From Candidatus Bathyarchaeota archaeon (GTDB lineage Archaea; Thermoproteota; Bathyarchaeia; Bathyarchaeales; Bathycorpusculaceae), in assembly GCA_963733095.1 (NCBI GenBank), contig CAVTBV010000009.1, positions 64,001 to 128,000 of the forward strand: a DNA stretch of 64,000 nucleotides. The letters run 5' to 3'. The notes under the pieces are model-generated. The model ran no database searches. It was not told the origin of the DNA and saw only the letters and a list, made by a program, of their open reading frames with translations. Below, one piece after another: positions 31,697 to 41,823 of the stretch (position 1 is its first letter; every line of letters begins with the position of its first letter). Made by a program: the position numbers and the translations under genes.

Positions 31697-32155
31697 CTAT
31701 TCTACTTGTGAGGTTTCTGGTTGCGTAAAAGGCTCCGTCATGCCAACGAGAAGTTTGCCAAATAGGTTTATGTGGTCTTCTTCTTCAGCCAATATCTCCT
31801 CCAGCAGCCGCCTTGTGGTGTAGTCGCCCTCTTCCGCTGCCACCTGAATCGCCTGTTTGTAAAGGGTGATTGCTTTTTCTTCGTCCTGCTCGTTTTGCGT
31901 GAGCATCTCTATGAGGCTGCCTCGCACAAAAATTGGTTCAGGTTCGGTTGTAGCTATGCCGTTGAGGTAGTCTAAGCGTTCAGCTATGCGTTCAGCGTGT
32001 TTCATTTCGGCGATGGCGGTCTTGCGGAAAGCACTCTCTACGATGGCGCCGTCTGTTCCTGTCACTTGGATGTGCTGCCACATGTATTGAATGCTGACTT
32101 GGAGTTCGTGGGCTATGCCCTTGTTTAAAAAATCTAAAAGTTTTTGAGAAGCCAA
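31697..32155 (-). CDS. Ferritin-like (bacterioferritin-like) protein
   Basis: EL..SIQY, EMKHAE, EE.AI..Y, EEEDH. Confidence 0.88.
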   Translation of the reverse strand: MASQKLLDFLNKGIAHELQVSIQYMWQHIQVTGTDGAIVESAFRKTAIAEMKHAERIAERLDYLNGIATTEPEPIFVRGSLIEMLTQNEQDEEKAITLYKQAIQVAAEEGDYTTRRLLEEILAEEEDHINLFGKLLVGMTEPFTQPETSQVE

Positions 32156-32261
32156 AATTTATCCCTACAAAAACTAAGTCAACTCAGTATAAATTGATTT
32201 CTAAAGATCAAGGACTATATACAAAAGCCATAATAACTTAACCCTGCCAAAAGACCATAGG

Positions 32262-32738
32262 GTGACAATCATGAAAACGTTGTTCGTTTGTTTTTCAAAT
32301 CACCATAAGAACACGGAGAAAATCGCTTCAGCCTTGGCAATGACGCTCGACGCCGAAGTTAAAACACCCGCAGAAGTTGACCCAAATACGCTTGGTGGTT
32401 ATGACTTTTTAGGGTTAGGTTCAGGTATTTGTTTTGGAAAAAACTACAAAGACCTACTTGATTTTGCCGACAAGTTACCTCAGGTAACTGACAAGAAAGT
32501 TTTCATTTTCTCTACGAGTGGTCAAACGGGAAAGACTTCTAAATTCCACCAGAAACTGCGAGAAGAACTCCAATCTAAAGGCTATAGCATAGTTGGAGCG
32601 TTTAATTGCGCAGGTTTTGACACTTATGGGGCAATCAAAATTTTTGGCGACGTGCAAAAAGGTCATCCCGACGAAGAGGACTTGAAGCGAGCTGAAGCTT
32701 TTGCGTTAAGCCTCAAGCAACCGGTAGACGCATATTGA
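32262..32738 (+). CDS. Flavodoxin-family protein
   Basis: S.HHKNTEKIA, GLGSGI, FIFSTSG, KGHPD. Confidence 0.85.
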   Translation: MTIMKTLFVCFSNHHKNTEKIASALAMTLDAEVKTPAEVDPNTLGGYDFLGLGSGICFGKNYKDLLDFADKLPQVTDKKVFIFSTSGQTGKTSKFHQKLREELQSKGYSIVGAFNCAGFDTYGAIKIFGDVQKGHPDEEDLKRAEAFALSLKQPVDAY

Positions 32739-32753
32739 TCAAGAGGGATTATA

Positions 32754-33311
32754 ATGAAAACTCTGCTTGTTTATGGCACCAGATATGGCGCAACTGAAGG
32801 CACCTCAGAAGAAATTGCCCAAGTTCTCCACGCGGAAGGCTTTGATGTCAGAGTCGTCAACTTGAAAGAAGAGAAAATTAAAGACATCGCCCAATACGAC
32901 CTAATCATCGTGGGCAGCGGTTTACAGATGGGCAAATGGACAGGCGAAGCCGAAGATTTCCTCAAAAGATTCCAAAAAGAGTTACCTCAAAAGAAGCTTG
33001 CCATCTTTGCTTCAACCATGAAATCTGTTGCTCAACGCGAGGGAAAACAAGATGATTTGGCAAAAGAATACAAGATGAGCCTTGAGGATATTGTTGCAAA
33101 ATACGACTTACATCCTGTCGCAGAAGGCTTTTTCGGCGGAATCCTGGACTACAACAAGATGAATTTCATTTTTCGCAGAACCTTGGGTTTTTTAAAGCCA
33201 CAGCTTGAAAAAGATGGCTTCAAACAGACGCTACCTGGCGTTTACGAGTTGCGTGATTGGGAAGAAATCCGCGGATGGGCTAAAGAACTCGCCAATAAAG
33301 TGCGGTTGTAG
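32754..33311 (+). CDS. Flavodoxin-domain protein (HemG-like)
   Basis: YGTRYGATE, YDLIIVGS, FGG.LDY, RDWEEI..WA. Confidence 0.85.
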   Translation: MKTLLVYGTRYGATEGTSEEIAQVLHAEGFDVRVVNLKEEKIKDIAQYDLIIVGSGLQMGKWTGEAEDFLKRFQKELPQKKLAIFASTMKSVAQREGKQDDLAKEYKMSLEDIVAKYDLHPVAEGFFGGILDYNKMNFIFRRTLGFLKPQLEKDGFKQTLPGVYELRDWEEIRGWAKELANKVRL

Positions 33312-33400
33312 TTGAGCGCTTTTCCCTTTTCTTGAACGCAGGCCTTTTATGTACAAGCGGTAAATAGGCATTCAAGTGAGGGGAAAATGGTAAAAAAATC

Positions 33401-33946
33401 TTGAAGATAATACTTGCATTGTTTGCAGTGTTGATTATAGTAGGCTTAGGCAGTATTAGCCTAATAATTTTGGATGCTGCCGGCAACCTCGCTACCGGCT
33501 CACAGACGCTTCCAAACGGCGCAGCTATTGGTAAAGCCTTGGTCGTTTATGACCCTGGTTTAAGTGGCAGCGCAAAAGATGTTGCCACAAAAATTGGCTA
33601 CAATTTGCAGTCATCAGGATACCATGTAGTTTTAGCGGGCATAAAAAGTTCAGCGGCAGCTGATACGTCGGGATACAGCGTAATTGTCGTTGGAGGCCCT
33701 ATCTACGTAGGCAAACCCGCGAGCACCGTGCAATCGTACTTAAACAGCTTTCACCCACTAGAGAATGCTATAGTAGGCGTCTTCGGTTACGGCAGCGTAG
33801 AAGTTTACGATGCTAACGCAGTCATGAATGATGTGGCTCCGCTTCCAAGCAACAGCTCATTAACACTCAACGCAGTAATAAAAGTGGTTTCAAGCGATAA
33901 CATGGATGTTAAATGCCAAACATTTGTAACTAACCTGCTGAGTTAA
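33401..33946 (+). CDS. Membrane-anchored/secreted flavodoxin-like protein
   Basis: N-terminal hydrophobic helix; ALVVYDPGLSG, VIVVGGPIY. Confidence 0.75.
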   Translation: MKIILALFAVLIIVGLGSISLIILDAAGNLATGSQTLPNGAAIGKALVVYDPGLSGSAKDVATKIGYNLQSSGYHVVLAGIKSSAAADTSGYSVIVVGGPIYVGKPASTVQSYLNSFHPLENAIVGVFGYGSVEVYDANAVMNDVAPLPSNSSLTLNAVIKVVSSDNMDVKCQTFVTNLLS

Positions 33947-34629
33947 ATTTTTATTTCAGCATTCTCATTTTTTATCGCTTCTTCAGTTTTCCTCTTGTTG
34001 CCTCTAATTATTGGGATGATGAATTCCAAAACTACGAGCAATAGGATAAGCCCAACAATCACTGGTAAGCCCCATGCATTATTCCTCAGAAAAAGAGTAA
34101 TCCATCCAAAATATGGGATGCGCATAACAACTTTGCCTATTACCATGTCTTGGGGAACGCCCTGTCCAGTAGTCCAGAGGGTATGAGAATCGTATTCTTG
34201 AGGTGTGACTGGCGTTGGCCATTTGTCGCCGCTGTTACCGTCACCTTTTGTCTGGAAGTATAGTGTGCCGTTGACTTCGTAGGTTGCAACTATACGGTGA
34301 ACGATTGGGGTGGCTGTAGGGTTCGTTGGGTTTTCGTAGACGATGATGTCGCTGTTGGGGTAGTTGGTGTTTAGGTCGGCTGGGTTTATTTTCTGGATGA
34401 TTATGATGTCGCCGATATGCAGGGTGTGGTCAAAGGGGTGGCTCCAGCCGTCACAAGCGCCGTCATAGGGAACGCACATGCTTCCACTTTCTACTACCCT
34501 CACCGGAACTCCGGTGCCTAGAACCAGTTGCAACCCAAAGAAGAAACCTAAAACTATTCCTATGATTATTGCGATAACTATTGCCGACTTGACGTACTCG
34601 TTTTTATGAATTCTTGTAACTATGCTCAA
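33943..34629 (-). CDS. Signal peptidase I (S26, Sec11-like), copy 1
   Basis: VESGSM, GDIIII, PIVHR, TKGDGN, GKV..RIP..GW. Confidence 0.9.
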   Translation of the reverse strand: MSIVTRIHKNEYVKSAIVIAIIIGIVLGFFFGLQLVLGTGVPVRVVESGSMCVPYDGACDGWSHPFDHTLHIGDIIIIQKINPADLNTNYPNSDIIVYENPTNPTATPIVHRIVATYEVNGTLYFQTKGDGNSGDKWPTPVTPQEYDSHTLWTTGQGVPQDMVIGKVVMRIPYFGWITLFLRNNAWGLPVIVGLILLLVVLEFIIPIIRGNKRKTEEAIKNENAEIKI

Positions 34630-34750
34630 TGTCTTGCCTTCGCCTGATAGTTCTTATAGAGAAAAGAAAACACCATTAATAAACCACTTCTATCCTATAT
34701 TGCGAAAAAACTAGTCCTAACAAGCGTTAACCGAACCATTGCATAATTTC

Positions 34751-35455
34751 TTATGCATTCATATTTTCTGTTTCTGTCTCGGTAGTGGCATCTTTTTTTT
34801 CTCTAAGCAGGGGAATAACGAACTCAACAACCACCAACAAGAGTATGAGTACGATAACTAGTGGTAGACCCCACGAGTTTTCTCTCAAAAACAAGGTGAT
34901 CCAGCCAAACCAAGGAATACGCAGAATTACTTTTCCTTCGACAAGGTTCTGAGGAACCCCTTGTCCACCACTGTAGATGGTGTTTGAATCGTACATTGAA
35001 GGCGGTGGTATGGCGGGCCATTTTTGTTCGTTTCCGTCTCCTTTGGTTTGAAAGTACAGAGTGCCGTTGATGTTGTTGACGGCAACTATGCGGTGGACTA
35101 TGGGTGTATTGGCGGGGCTATTGGGGTTCTGGTAGACTATGATGTCGCTGTTAGGATAGTTTGTGTTCAGGTCTTTTGGGTCAACTTTTTGGATAATTAT
35201 TATGTCGCCTGTGTCGAGGGTTCGGTCAAAGGGGTGCTCTAAGGTTAGTAAGAATTCGTTCAAAGAGTAGGGGGGTCCAGTTATGAAATTAAGGGGAAGA
35301 CTCATGCTGCCGCTTTCTACAACCCTGACTGGAACTGCTGTGCCAAGAGCCAACTCTAAACCGAAGAAAAGCCCTAAAACCACTGCAATAACTATCCCGA
35401 TAACTACTGCCTGTTTGAAGTATTGGTTTCGCCGAATTCTTGTAACTATGCTCAA
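34751..35455 (-). CDS. Signal peptidase I (S26, Sec11-like), copy 2
   Basis: Same motifs; clearly paralogous to 33943-34629. Confidence 0.9.
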   Translation of the reverse strand: MSIVTRIRRNQYFKQAVVIGIVIAVVLGLFFGLELALGTAVPVRVVESGSMSLPLNFITGPPYSLNEFLLTLEHPFDRTLDTGDIIIIQKVDPKDLNTNYPNSDIIVYQNPNSPANTPIVHRIVAVNNINGTLYFQTKGDGNEQKWPAIPPPSMYDSNTIYSGGQGVPQNLVEGKVILRIPWFGWITLFLRENSWGLPLVIVLILLLVVVEFVIPLLREKKDATTETETENMNA

Positions 35456-35575
35456 TGTATTGCCTTCAGCAGTTTACCTCTTAAAGAGAATAAAAATACC
35501 ATTAATAAACTGCATTTCTTTTTTCTATACAGTAATAATGAAATAGGTCGCATCTGAATTTTCTTTTGGTGGGTT

Positions 35576-36772
35576 ATGCTTAGATCTAAATGGACCTCAA
35601 GGGCCTTCTTTCTTGTCCTATGCATAATGGGTTTGTTTGCGATTCTAAGCTCAACCATGTCAAAAACCCCGGTTCTAAAACCCTTCGCTACAAGCCTTGG
35701 AACCCCCGATGACCTGCTGGGAATAGTGGCTTCCGCATCAACCATCCCCGGCATACTAATCAGTTTACCCGCGGCCTCCCTTTCCGACATCTTTGGCAGA
35801 CGCAAGCTTCTTTTGTTTGCAGCTTTCGTTTTTGCCTCCGCTCCCTTCCTCTATTTAGGGGTTAATTCATGGTGGACGTTGGCGCTGGTTCGTTTCTACC
35901 ATGGCTTCGCAACAGCAATCTTTGTGCCTGTGGCTGAAGCCTCGATTGCAACGTTGTTTCCGACTAAACGTGGGGAACGTATTTCACTTTTTAATTCTGC
36001 CACCGCCCTTGGCAGAGCGTTGGCGCCGTTCTTAGGCGGTTACATACTTTTTGCAACAAACCAGAGTTTTTTCACCCTCTACGTTTCAGTCGGCATCGCC
36101 GGTGTAACAGCCTTTGTCATTGCATTGCTTTTCTTGGTTGAGAAGAGCGCTTTCACGACAGAGTCCGTGAATCTGGAAAAGTCGCCAAGAAAAATGTTTA
36201 GCGGATGGCTAACTATTATCAAAAACTCTAGCGTTTTAGGGGTTAGCTTCGTTCAAGCAGTGCAATACTATGTTTTTGGGTCAGTTGAGTTCTTCCTAGT
36301 TGGGTACCTTACCGATGTAGTGAAGTTGGATATTTTTTCTGTGGGAGTTATCACAGGCAGCGAGATAGTTGCGCTTGTTATTGCGCGTCCGTTGATTGGG
36401 CGAATCTCAGATAGGATGGGGCGAACAAAACCCATCGTTGCAGGTGTGGTTGCCAGTTGCGTTTTGGTTGCAGTAATCCCGTTCACAACACAGTTTCCCT
36501 TGCTGCTCTTGTTGGCGGTTGGTTATGGGGTTTCCTTTGCCACCGTGCTTTCGTCAACTTCGCCCATGGTTTGCGACCTAGTTCCTGCCACTTTGGTGGG
36601 TGCTTCTATGGGTTTCCTCTCAACCGTAATGGATATTGGTCAAACGCTTGGACCTATAGTCAGCGGAGTAATCTTCGCAACTAACCTTCGTTATACAGGC
36701 ATGTTTCTTTCCCTTAGCATCCTGCTGATAATTTCAAGCGGTATCTTTCTGTTGTCTAAGAAGAATAGCTAA
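35576..36772 (+). CDS. MFS transporter
   Basis: About 12 TMs; SLSDIFGRRK and GRISDRMGR motif A. Confidence 0.92.
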   Translation: MLRSKWTSRAFFLVLCIMGLFAILSSTMSKTPVLKPFATSLGTPDDLLGIVASASTIPGILISLPAASLSDIFGRRKLLLFAAFVFASAPFLYLGVNSWWTLALVRFYHGFATAIFVPVAEASIATLFPTKRGERISLFNSATALGRALAPFLGGYILFATNQSFFTLYVSVGIAGVTAFVIALLFLVEKSAFTTESVNLEKSPRKMFSGWLTIIKNSSVLGVSFVQAVQYYVFGSVEFFLVGYLTDVVKLDIFSVGVITGSEIVALVIARPLIGRISDRMGRTKPIVAGVVASCVLVAVIPFTTQFPLLLLLAVGYGVSFATVLSSTSPMVCDLVPATLVGASMGFLSTVMDIGQTLGPIVSGVIFATNLRYTGMFLSLSILLIISSGIFLLSKKNS

Positions 36773-36786
36773 AAAACTAAATTTTC

Positions 36787-37452
36787 TCAGAATTGTTTGC
36801 TTTCGAACAAAATGAGTGCCCCTGCAAGAAGACTGACGGTAACTGCCGCTGCTAAACCGACGGTGAACAGGTTTGCGTCAGGTAGGTTAAGCAGAGTGGG
36901 AAAGAGGGGGATGACGGAGATTTGGTTTCCTCCGTAAATGACAAGTATTGCTCCGACGAGGACTGATGGTGAGGCGACGCCGATTAGTACTCCTGCTGAG
37001 CATGCGACAGCAACCATTGACAGGCTTATGGCTAAGGATTGGGCGGTGTCGTTGAAGACTGTTGCTGGAAGGGCACCTGAAGTAAAGAAATCTGCGGCTA
37101 CACCGACAAGGACAGCTATTAAACTTGCAACCGCAACACAAGAGTAAACTGAGAGAAATTTTGCGAGCATTAAGTCTCTGCGTTTTAGGGGTCTTATCAA
37201 GAACAACTCGTAAACATGCCTGTTCTTCTCGTTAATTATCGAGACTGTAAGCATGACTGCGGCTAGGGTTCCGGCGAGACTGGAAACCAAAAGCGCCGAG
37301 ATAACTGTGAAAGATATTGCCTGTCCAGTTGTGCTGACTTGGATGAAGCGGAACAAGAGGGCAATGACTGGTAAGCCTATCCAAAGGAAAAGCATCACCT
37401 TGGACTTGTAGAAGCCCCGCAACTCGTCAACGTAGAGCAGACTCAGTTTCAT
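36787..37452 (-). CDS. ABC-2 type permease
   Basis: Six TMs; EK...YELFLIRPLKR..L..AKF. Confidence 0.85.
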   Translation of the reverse strand: MKLSLLYVDELRGFYKSKVMLFLWIGLPVIALLFRFIQVSTTGQAISFTVISALLVSSLAGTLAAVMLTVSIINEKNRHVYELFLIRPLKRRDLMLAKFLSVYSCVAVASLIAVLVGVAADFFTSGALPATVFNDTAQSLAISLSMVAVACSAGVLIGVASPSVLVGAILVIYGGNQISVIPLFPTLLNLPDANLFTVGLAAAVTVSLLAGALILFESKQF

Positions 37453-38411
37453 GCTTTCTCCTCCTTCTGAACGTAGTTAAGGTAAATTTCATCCAGCGAT
37501 GGCGACAGCATTGCTATTCTTCGGATGCGAATGCCCAATTTTACTATATTTGCCACTATGTCGTTGATTACTTGTTCCTCGTCTGTATCTTCAGAAAGAT
37601 AAACTAAAACTCTGCCCGGCGATGGCTGCTCAACCTTGCTGACATTCGCGATGGAGCTGAATTTTTGCCACTTGTCACTGACGTAGGAGAGGAGGACTTC
37701 GACGGTTTTTTGTTTGGATAGCTGAGATTTCAGCTCATTCATGGAGCCGACCATCTTGATTTTTCCTCGGCTGAGGATTCCGATTCGGTTGGCTACATCT
37801 TGGACATCGCTTAGGATGTGTGAGGAAAACAGGATGGTGGTGCCGTTCTTTGCGAGTTTTAGGACGATTTCTTTGAGTTGGTAACGGCTAAGTGGGTCGA
37901 GTCCGCCTAAGGGTTCATCCATAACCAACAGTTTTGGGTCATGAAGTAGCGCCTGTGCTAAACCCACTTTTTGGGTCATGCCGCCGGATAGCTGGGAAAT
38001 CTTTTTGTGACGAACCTCGCTCAACGACATCAATTCGAGGATTTTTGGTATGCGTTCCTCTACTTGTGCGTCGGTGATTCCTGAAAGTTTCCCGAACGTT
38101 TTTAGTGCATGATTAACCGTGCGCCACTCTTGGAACGCAACGTTTTGGGGAAGGTAACCAAGTAACTGGTGAGCTTCAAATTTCTGTTTAGGCACTTTGT
38201 ACCCGCCAATTTGGACTTCTCCCTGAAAATCGTTAATTAACCCAACCAAAATTTTCAGCGTAGTGGTTTTTCCTGCCCCGTTGGGACCGATGTACCCGAA
38301 GATTTCCCCTTCTTTAATGTCGAAAGATACGTTGTCTAGTGCTCGGAAGGTACCGTATTTTTTGGTTACCTCGCGAAGCACGACGCATGAGTTGAGGGAA
38401 TCCTGAGCCAT
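37449..38411 (-). CDS. ABC transporter ATP-binding protein
   Basis: GPNGAGKTT, LSGGM, MDEP, SSH. Confidence 0.95.
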   Translation of the reverse strand: MAQDSLNSCVVLREVTKKYGTFRALDNVSFDIKEGEIFGYIGPNGAGKTTTLKILVGLINDFQGEVQIGGYKVPKQKFEAHQLLGYLPQNVAFQEWRTVNHALKTFGKLSGITDAQVEERIPKILELMSLSEVRHKKISQLSGGMTQKVGLAQALLHDPKLLVMDEPLGGLDPLSRYQLKEIVLKLAKNGTTILFSSHILSDVQDVANRIGILSRGKIKMVGSMNELKSQLSKQKTVEVLLSYVSDKWQKFSSIANVSKVEQPSPGRVLVYLSEDTDEEQVINDIVANIVKLGIRIRRIAMLSPSLDEIYLNYVQKEEKA

Positions 38412-38526
38412 TTCTTTACCAACCGCTATATTCAGATTATTTGGCGTTTTCCCTTTTATGTTCTTCGAATTGGTTTTGTGTAAAAATCCTTCGACCAAGC
38501 GGCTCCAACATCAAACTGATGTTCTT

Positions 38527-39855
38527 CTAAGTCCAGCCGATACTTTTCTTAAGTCCTCTAACTACGAAAGGAAACCCTAAGCTGAGCACCACTAAAACCA
38601 ACGCGGCATAATGGAACGCTTGAAAATAGGCTTCTATCGGTGCAGAAAACACGTTAAACGGGTAGTAAGTTACCGAATCCACGCCAAATGAAACAAACTT
38701 TAGCCATTTAATCAGGAATAGTGTACTTTCAAGCAGGGACGCAAACACCAAAACTGCTCCAAGCCCAACGAGAAATGGCTTAACGAAATGGTTCTTCCCT
38801 TTTCGATCTATCGACGCAATTAGCAAGCCGCCTTTATCCGCCAATGACGCTGCGAGTAAACAGAAAAACGGCAATGAAACATAGCTGTACTTGATAACGC
38901 TAACGTATGGCACAATTAGGTGGAATCCTAAAACCAAGAGTGTATTCAACCCTGCTACAACGGCGATGGTGGCTATGCAGAGGGCATCCCAGCGTAGAGT
39001 TTTTGCAAGGAGCCTTCTAAATGCAAGTGATAGCGCTAAAGAGAAGATTGCTGCCAAAAACAAAAACCACCCGGCGCTTTTAACCAGGACTGTGGGCCAA
39101 AACAGTGGGAAAGGGTTAGCTACTAGAACTGGATGTGTAAAGTCGGTACTAAAGTAAACTCCCAGAAAATTCTGGTTAGCAAAGCCTCCAAACCAAACCG
39201 CCTGCAAAATTAAGGTTGGGGCGAGAAAAATCAGTAAATCGCTCAGTTTGGGTTTTAGCAGTGTGTGCTTTTTCTCGAAAAAGATCATCACAAAAAGAGG
39301 AACCAGCATGAACACGGCGAACAACTTTGTCATCAGCGCTACAGCAAAAAAGACTCCTGCAACAGCCAGCAACTTTTGAGAATTTCTGCGAACAGCCAAA
39401 ATACCCGCAACCAAGAATAGCAAGCCGAAAAATAAGCTTTGGTTGTCTATGAGGAAGATTCTTGAGATGTAAACGTGCCAGGGAACGATGCCAAAGAGCG
39501 CTGCTGCCACAAGTCCTGTCCGTTTTCCATACAGTGCGCAGCCCAAAGCGTAGACGAGCATGACGCAGCCGAGTCCAAAAGCAGTTGCGATTCCTACCCC
39601 GTTTAGGTAGGATAAGCCGAATGCGTGGAATATGGGTGCATCCATGTAGAAGCCCATGGGCGGCTGGTTAATCATGAGTCCCGTTGTCACGAATGGAAAC
39701 CCACGTGTTACCACGTTTGAGGCAGCTTCAAACTCGAGTTGGGCGTCCCAGTTGGTGTAGGTGCCTGTGGAGGCTGCAACGAGGAAAGCGCCCAGTAAGA
39801 CTCCGACTAGTTGGTAGTGCGCGCCTACGAGCGCTCTAAAACTTTTCCAATCCAA
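38527..39855 (-). CDS. GT-C fold glycosyltransferase (family 39 / ArnT-PMT-like)
   Basis: Polytopic; WD..E, QPP, LYGKRTGL.AA.L....P, D...LF, A.MTK. Confidence 0.82.
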   Translation of the reverse strand: MDWKSFRALVGAHYQLVGVLLGAFLVAASTGTYTNWDAQLEFEAASNVVTRGFPFVTTGLMINQPPMGFYMDAPIFHAFGLSYLNGVGIATAFGLGCVMLVYALGCALYGKRTGLVAAALFGIVPWHVYISRIFLIDNQSLFFGLLFLVAGILAVRRNSQKLLAVAGVFFAVALMTKLFAVFMLVPLFVMIFFEKKHTLLKPKLSDLLIFLAPTLILQAVWFGGFANQNFLGVYFSTDFTHPVLVANPFPLFWPTVLVKSAGWFLFLAAIFSLALSLAFRRLLAKTLRWDALCIATIAVVAGLNTLLVLGFHLIVPYVSVIKYSYVSLPFFCLLAASLADKGGLLIASIDRKGKNHFVKPFLVGLGAVLVFASLLESTLFLIKWLKFVSFGVDSVTYYPFNVFSAPIEAYFQAFHYAALVLVVLSLGFPFVVRGLKKSIGWT

Positions 39856-40184
39856 TCAAAGGTTCCCAGCATAGCATACTCTGACGCTGGCATTATAAAA
39901 TTTCCCAATCGCCCCCTCAAACATGTTTTCCGCGTGGCTATTTGCGTTCATAGAAGCCGTAAATCATAAATCTAAAAATCCCTGATTTGGCATCGGGAAA
40001 GATCGATGGCTCAAACAAGAACGGGCAGACCTGCAGTGATTTATGCGATCGTAGTTTGGATGGCGCTTAGCATAGTGAAAACTTGGTAAGAAACGAGAAT
40101 TGGTCAATGGTCAGGGTTCTTCCGATTAGCTTGTTCGCAAGGCTCCTTTTTTGAAGGCAATGTCTTCAACTGACTTAGTATAAG

Positions 40185-40293
40185 GTAAGTCTGACAGTAT
40201 TTTATTTTTTGTATTTTTATGTTCTAACCATTACCATTAGCTCAAACATGAAAAGGCTTTTTCCCTCTATGGCCCCAGGTTTTGGAGAGCCTT
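40185..40293. repeat. Dispersed ~110-bp element, copy A (homologous to 55178-55279)
   Basis: Shared blocks TAAGTC.GA, TTGTATTTT..GTTCT and AAGG..TTCC.CTCTATGG..CCCAG.TTTTGGAG.GCCTT. Confidence 0.65.
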
Positions 40294-40302
40294 GATAAGC
40301 GA

Positions 40303-40593
40303 CTAATTTGCATTTGGCAGTTTCATTTTGCTTGCTGCAATTAGAACCTGCTCTGTTAAAGACTTCTCAAAAAAGTCAAGCCTATCTGAATCTTTGCATG
40401 TTTGCTTGTGTTTAGCTACATGATTTTTAATGGCCTTGTTCATAGCTTTCAAATCAGGGACTACCAAAATTCTTGTGCCGCATACGCATCTGACTGTGGG
40501 CATCCCTTTTTGATTTTTGGTGGGTTTGCTCTTGCGGTCTTGCCCTGAGGAGAAGTTAATTTCTTGGTAGTCTTTCTTTGTCATTCCCACCAA
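40303..40593 (-). CDS. Small protein with a putative Zn site (CxC...HxxxH)
   Basis: RCVCGTRILVVPDL.AM..AI.NHVAKH. Confidence 0.65.
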   Translation of the reverse strand: MVGMTKKDYQEINFSSGQDRKSKPTKNQKGMPTVRCVCGTRILVVPDLKAMNKAIKNHVAKHKQTCKDSDRLDFFEKSLTEQVLIAASKMKLPNAN

Positions 40594-40994
40594 CTCTTTT
40601 CAAGAGATTCTATATTGGTTTTAAATTTATATTAAAAGTTGTGATAGGCATAATACAATCACAAGTTAACAATTCTTTTTTTAGTTGTAGTTTTGGATTC
40701 ATTTTTGATTGTTGACAAGAGTTTTTAGCAACAAAAGGCTTGATTTCTTGAATCAAACAACCGATGAGTAGCTTCATTTTGCAAATTGGTCCTGCTCAGA
40801 GATACAAACACAACGGACTCATAGAGACGGCGCAGACAGACAATTTGTTTAAATGATACAGCTTAGAATTTTGTGATTTAATTGCCGATTGACTGGAAAC
40901 CAACAACGAGAAATACCAAAAGCTTATAACAAAAACGGCATATTTTTGCAGTTGAAAGACCACTCGCGAAATTGGAACAAACTGAGGTACGCCG

Positions 40995-41255
40995 GTGCGA
41001 CGATCAAAACTAGAAATATATGTTGATATCCTTAAGGCGTTAGCGCATACGGGACCGTTAAAGCTGACACACATAATAAACAAAGCCAATGTCAATGGTG
41101 TCGTTCTAACGGATTATTTGAACTTTCTAATTGAAAAAGGATTGGTAGTGGAACGAACTACTAAAAATCGGGGCACCGTTTTCGCAGTCACGCAACGTGG
41201 TGTAAATTTGCTAAAGATTTTCCGAGAAGTCACTCAAGTGCTAACTGCCCCATAA
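40995..41255 (+). CDS. Winged-helix DNA-binding protein (archaeal HTH_45/ArnR1-like)
   Basis: RRSKLEIYVDIL, THII.KAN, YL.FL..KGLV, VTQRG. Confidence 0.88.
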   Translation: MRRSKLEIYVDILKALAHTGPLKLTHIINKANVNGVVLTDYLNFLIEKGLVVERTTKNRGTVFAVTQRGVNLLKIFREVTQVLTAP

Positions 41256-41780
41256 GAAGCCCGAATCTACATAATGAGCGCTTTGTAGCTAAAAATTTCC
41301 CTAATGTCGGGAAGGCATTTTCCTATGGAGCTTTTTTGGAATTTGCCCAGGCATCTACCAACAATTCTTGCGGAGGCGCCACAAACTCGATAAGTTTAGC
41401 ATGCCTTTTCTTTTTTCGCGAGAACTCTTTGAGATCATGAGCTTGAAAATTTGGAAGGTTACACATGGTTCATCAATAAACTATCCGCAATTTCGGTTCT
41501 TATAATTATGTGCGTGTAGCCAAACAACAACAAACTATCTACTCAAGGTAAGTGAACAGTCATACTCCGATTATTTATTCTCCAAGTCCAGTTTCGAAGA
41601 TGCGGCGGATTTGGTGTTATGATTGCCGTGTGGTTCAGATGCAGTTTAAACAAACAAATGGCAGTGGGCATAAGCGCGCTTCTCGCATCAATATAGATTA
41701 ACTATCGCTTTCCTAAAAAATAATGACGGAATTAAATTGCCCAAAACTAATTGAAATTGTTAAGGCTTGATTTTTTTGGT

Positions 41781-41823
41781 TCAACACAATGCGAGGCTGA
41801 TATGCGCCCCTCTTTCGTCGGCA
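41781..41823 (+). repeat. Copy of the 5' module of the 52698 structured region
   Basis: TCAACACAATGCG(A/G)GGCTGATATGCGCCCCTCTTT...CGTCGGCA at both 41781 and 52698. Confidence 0.85.
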
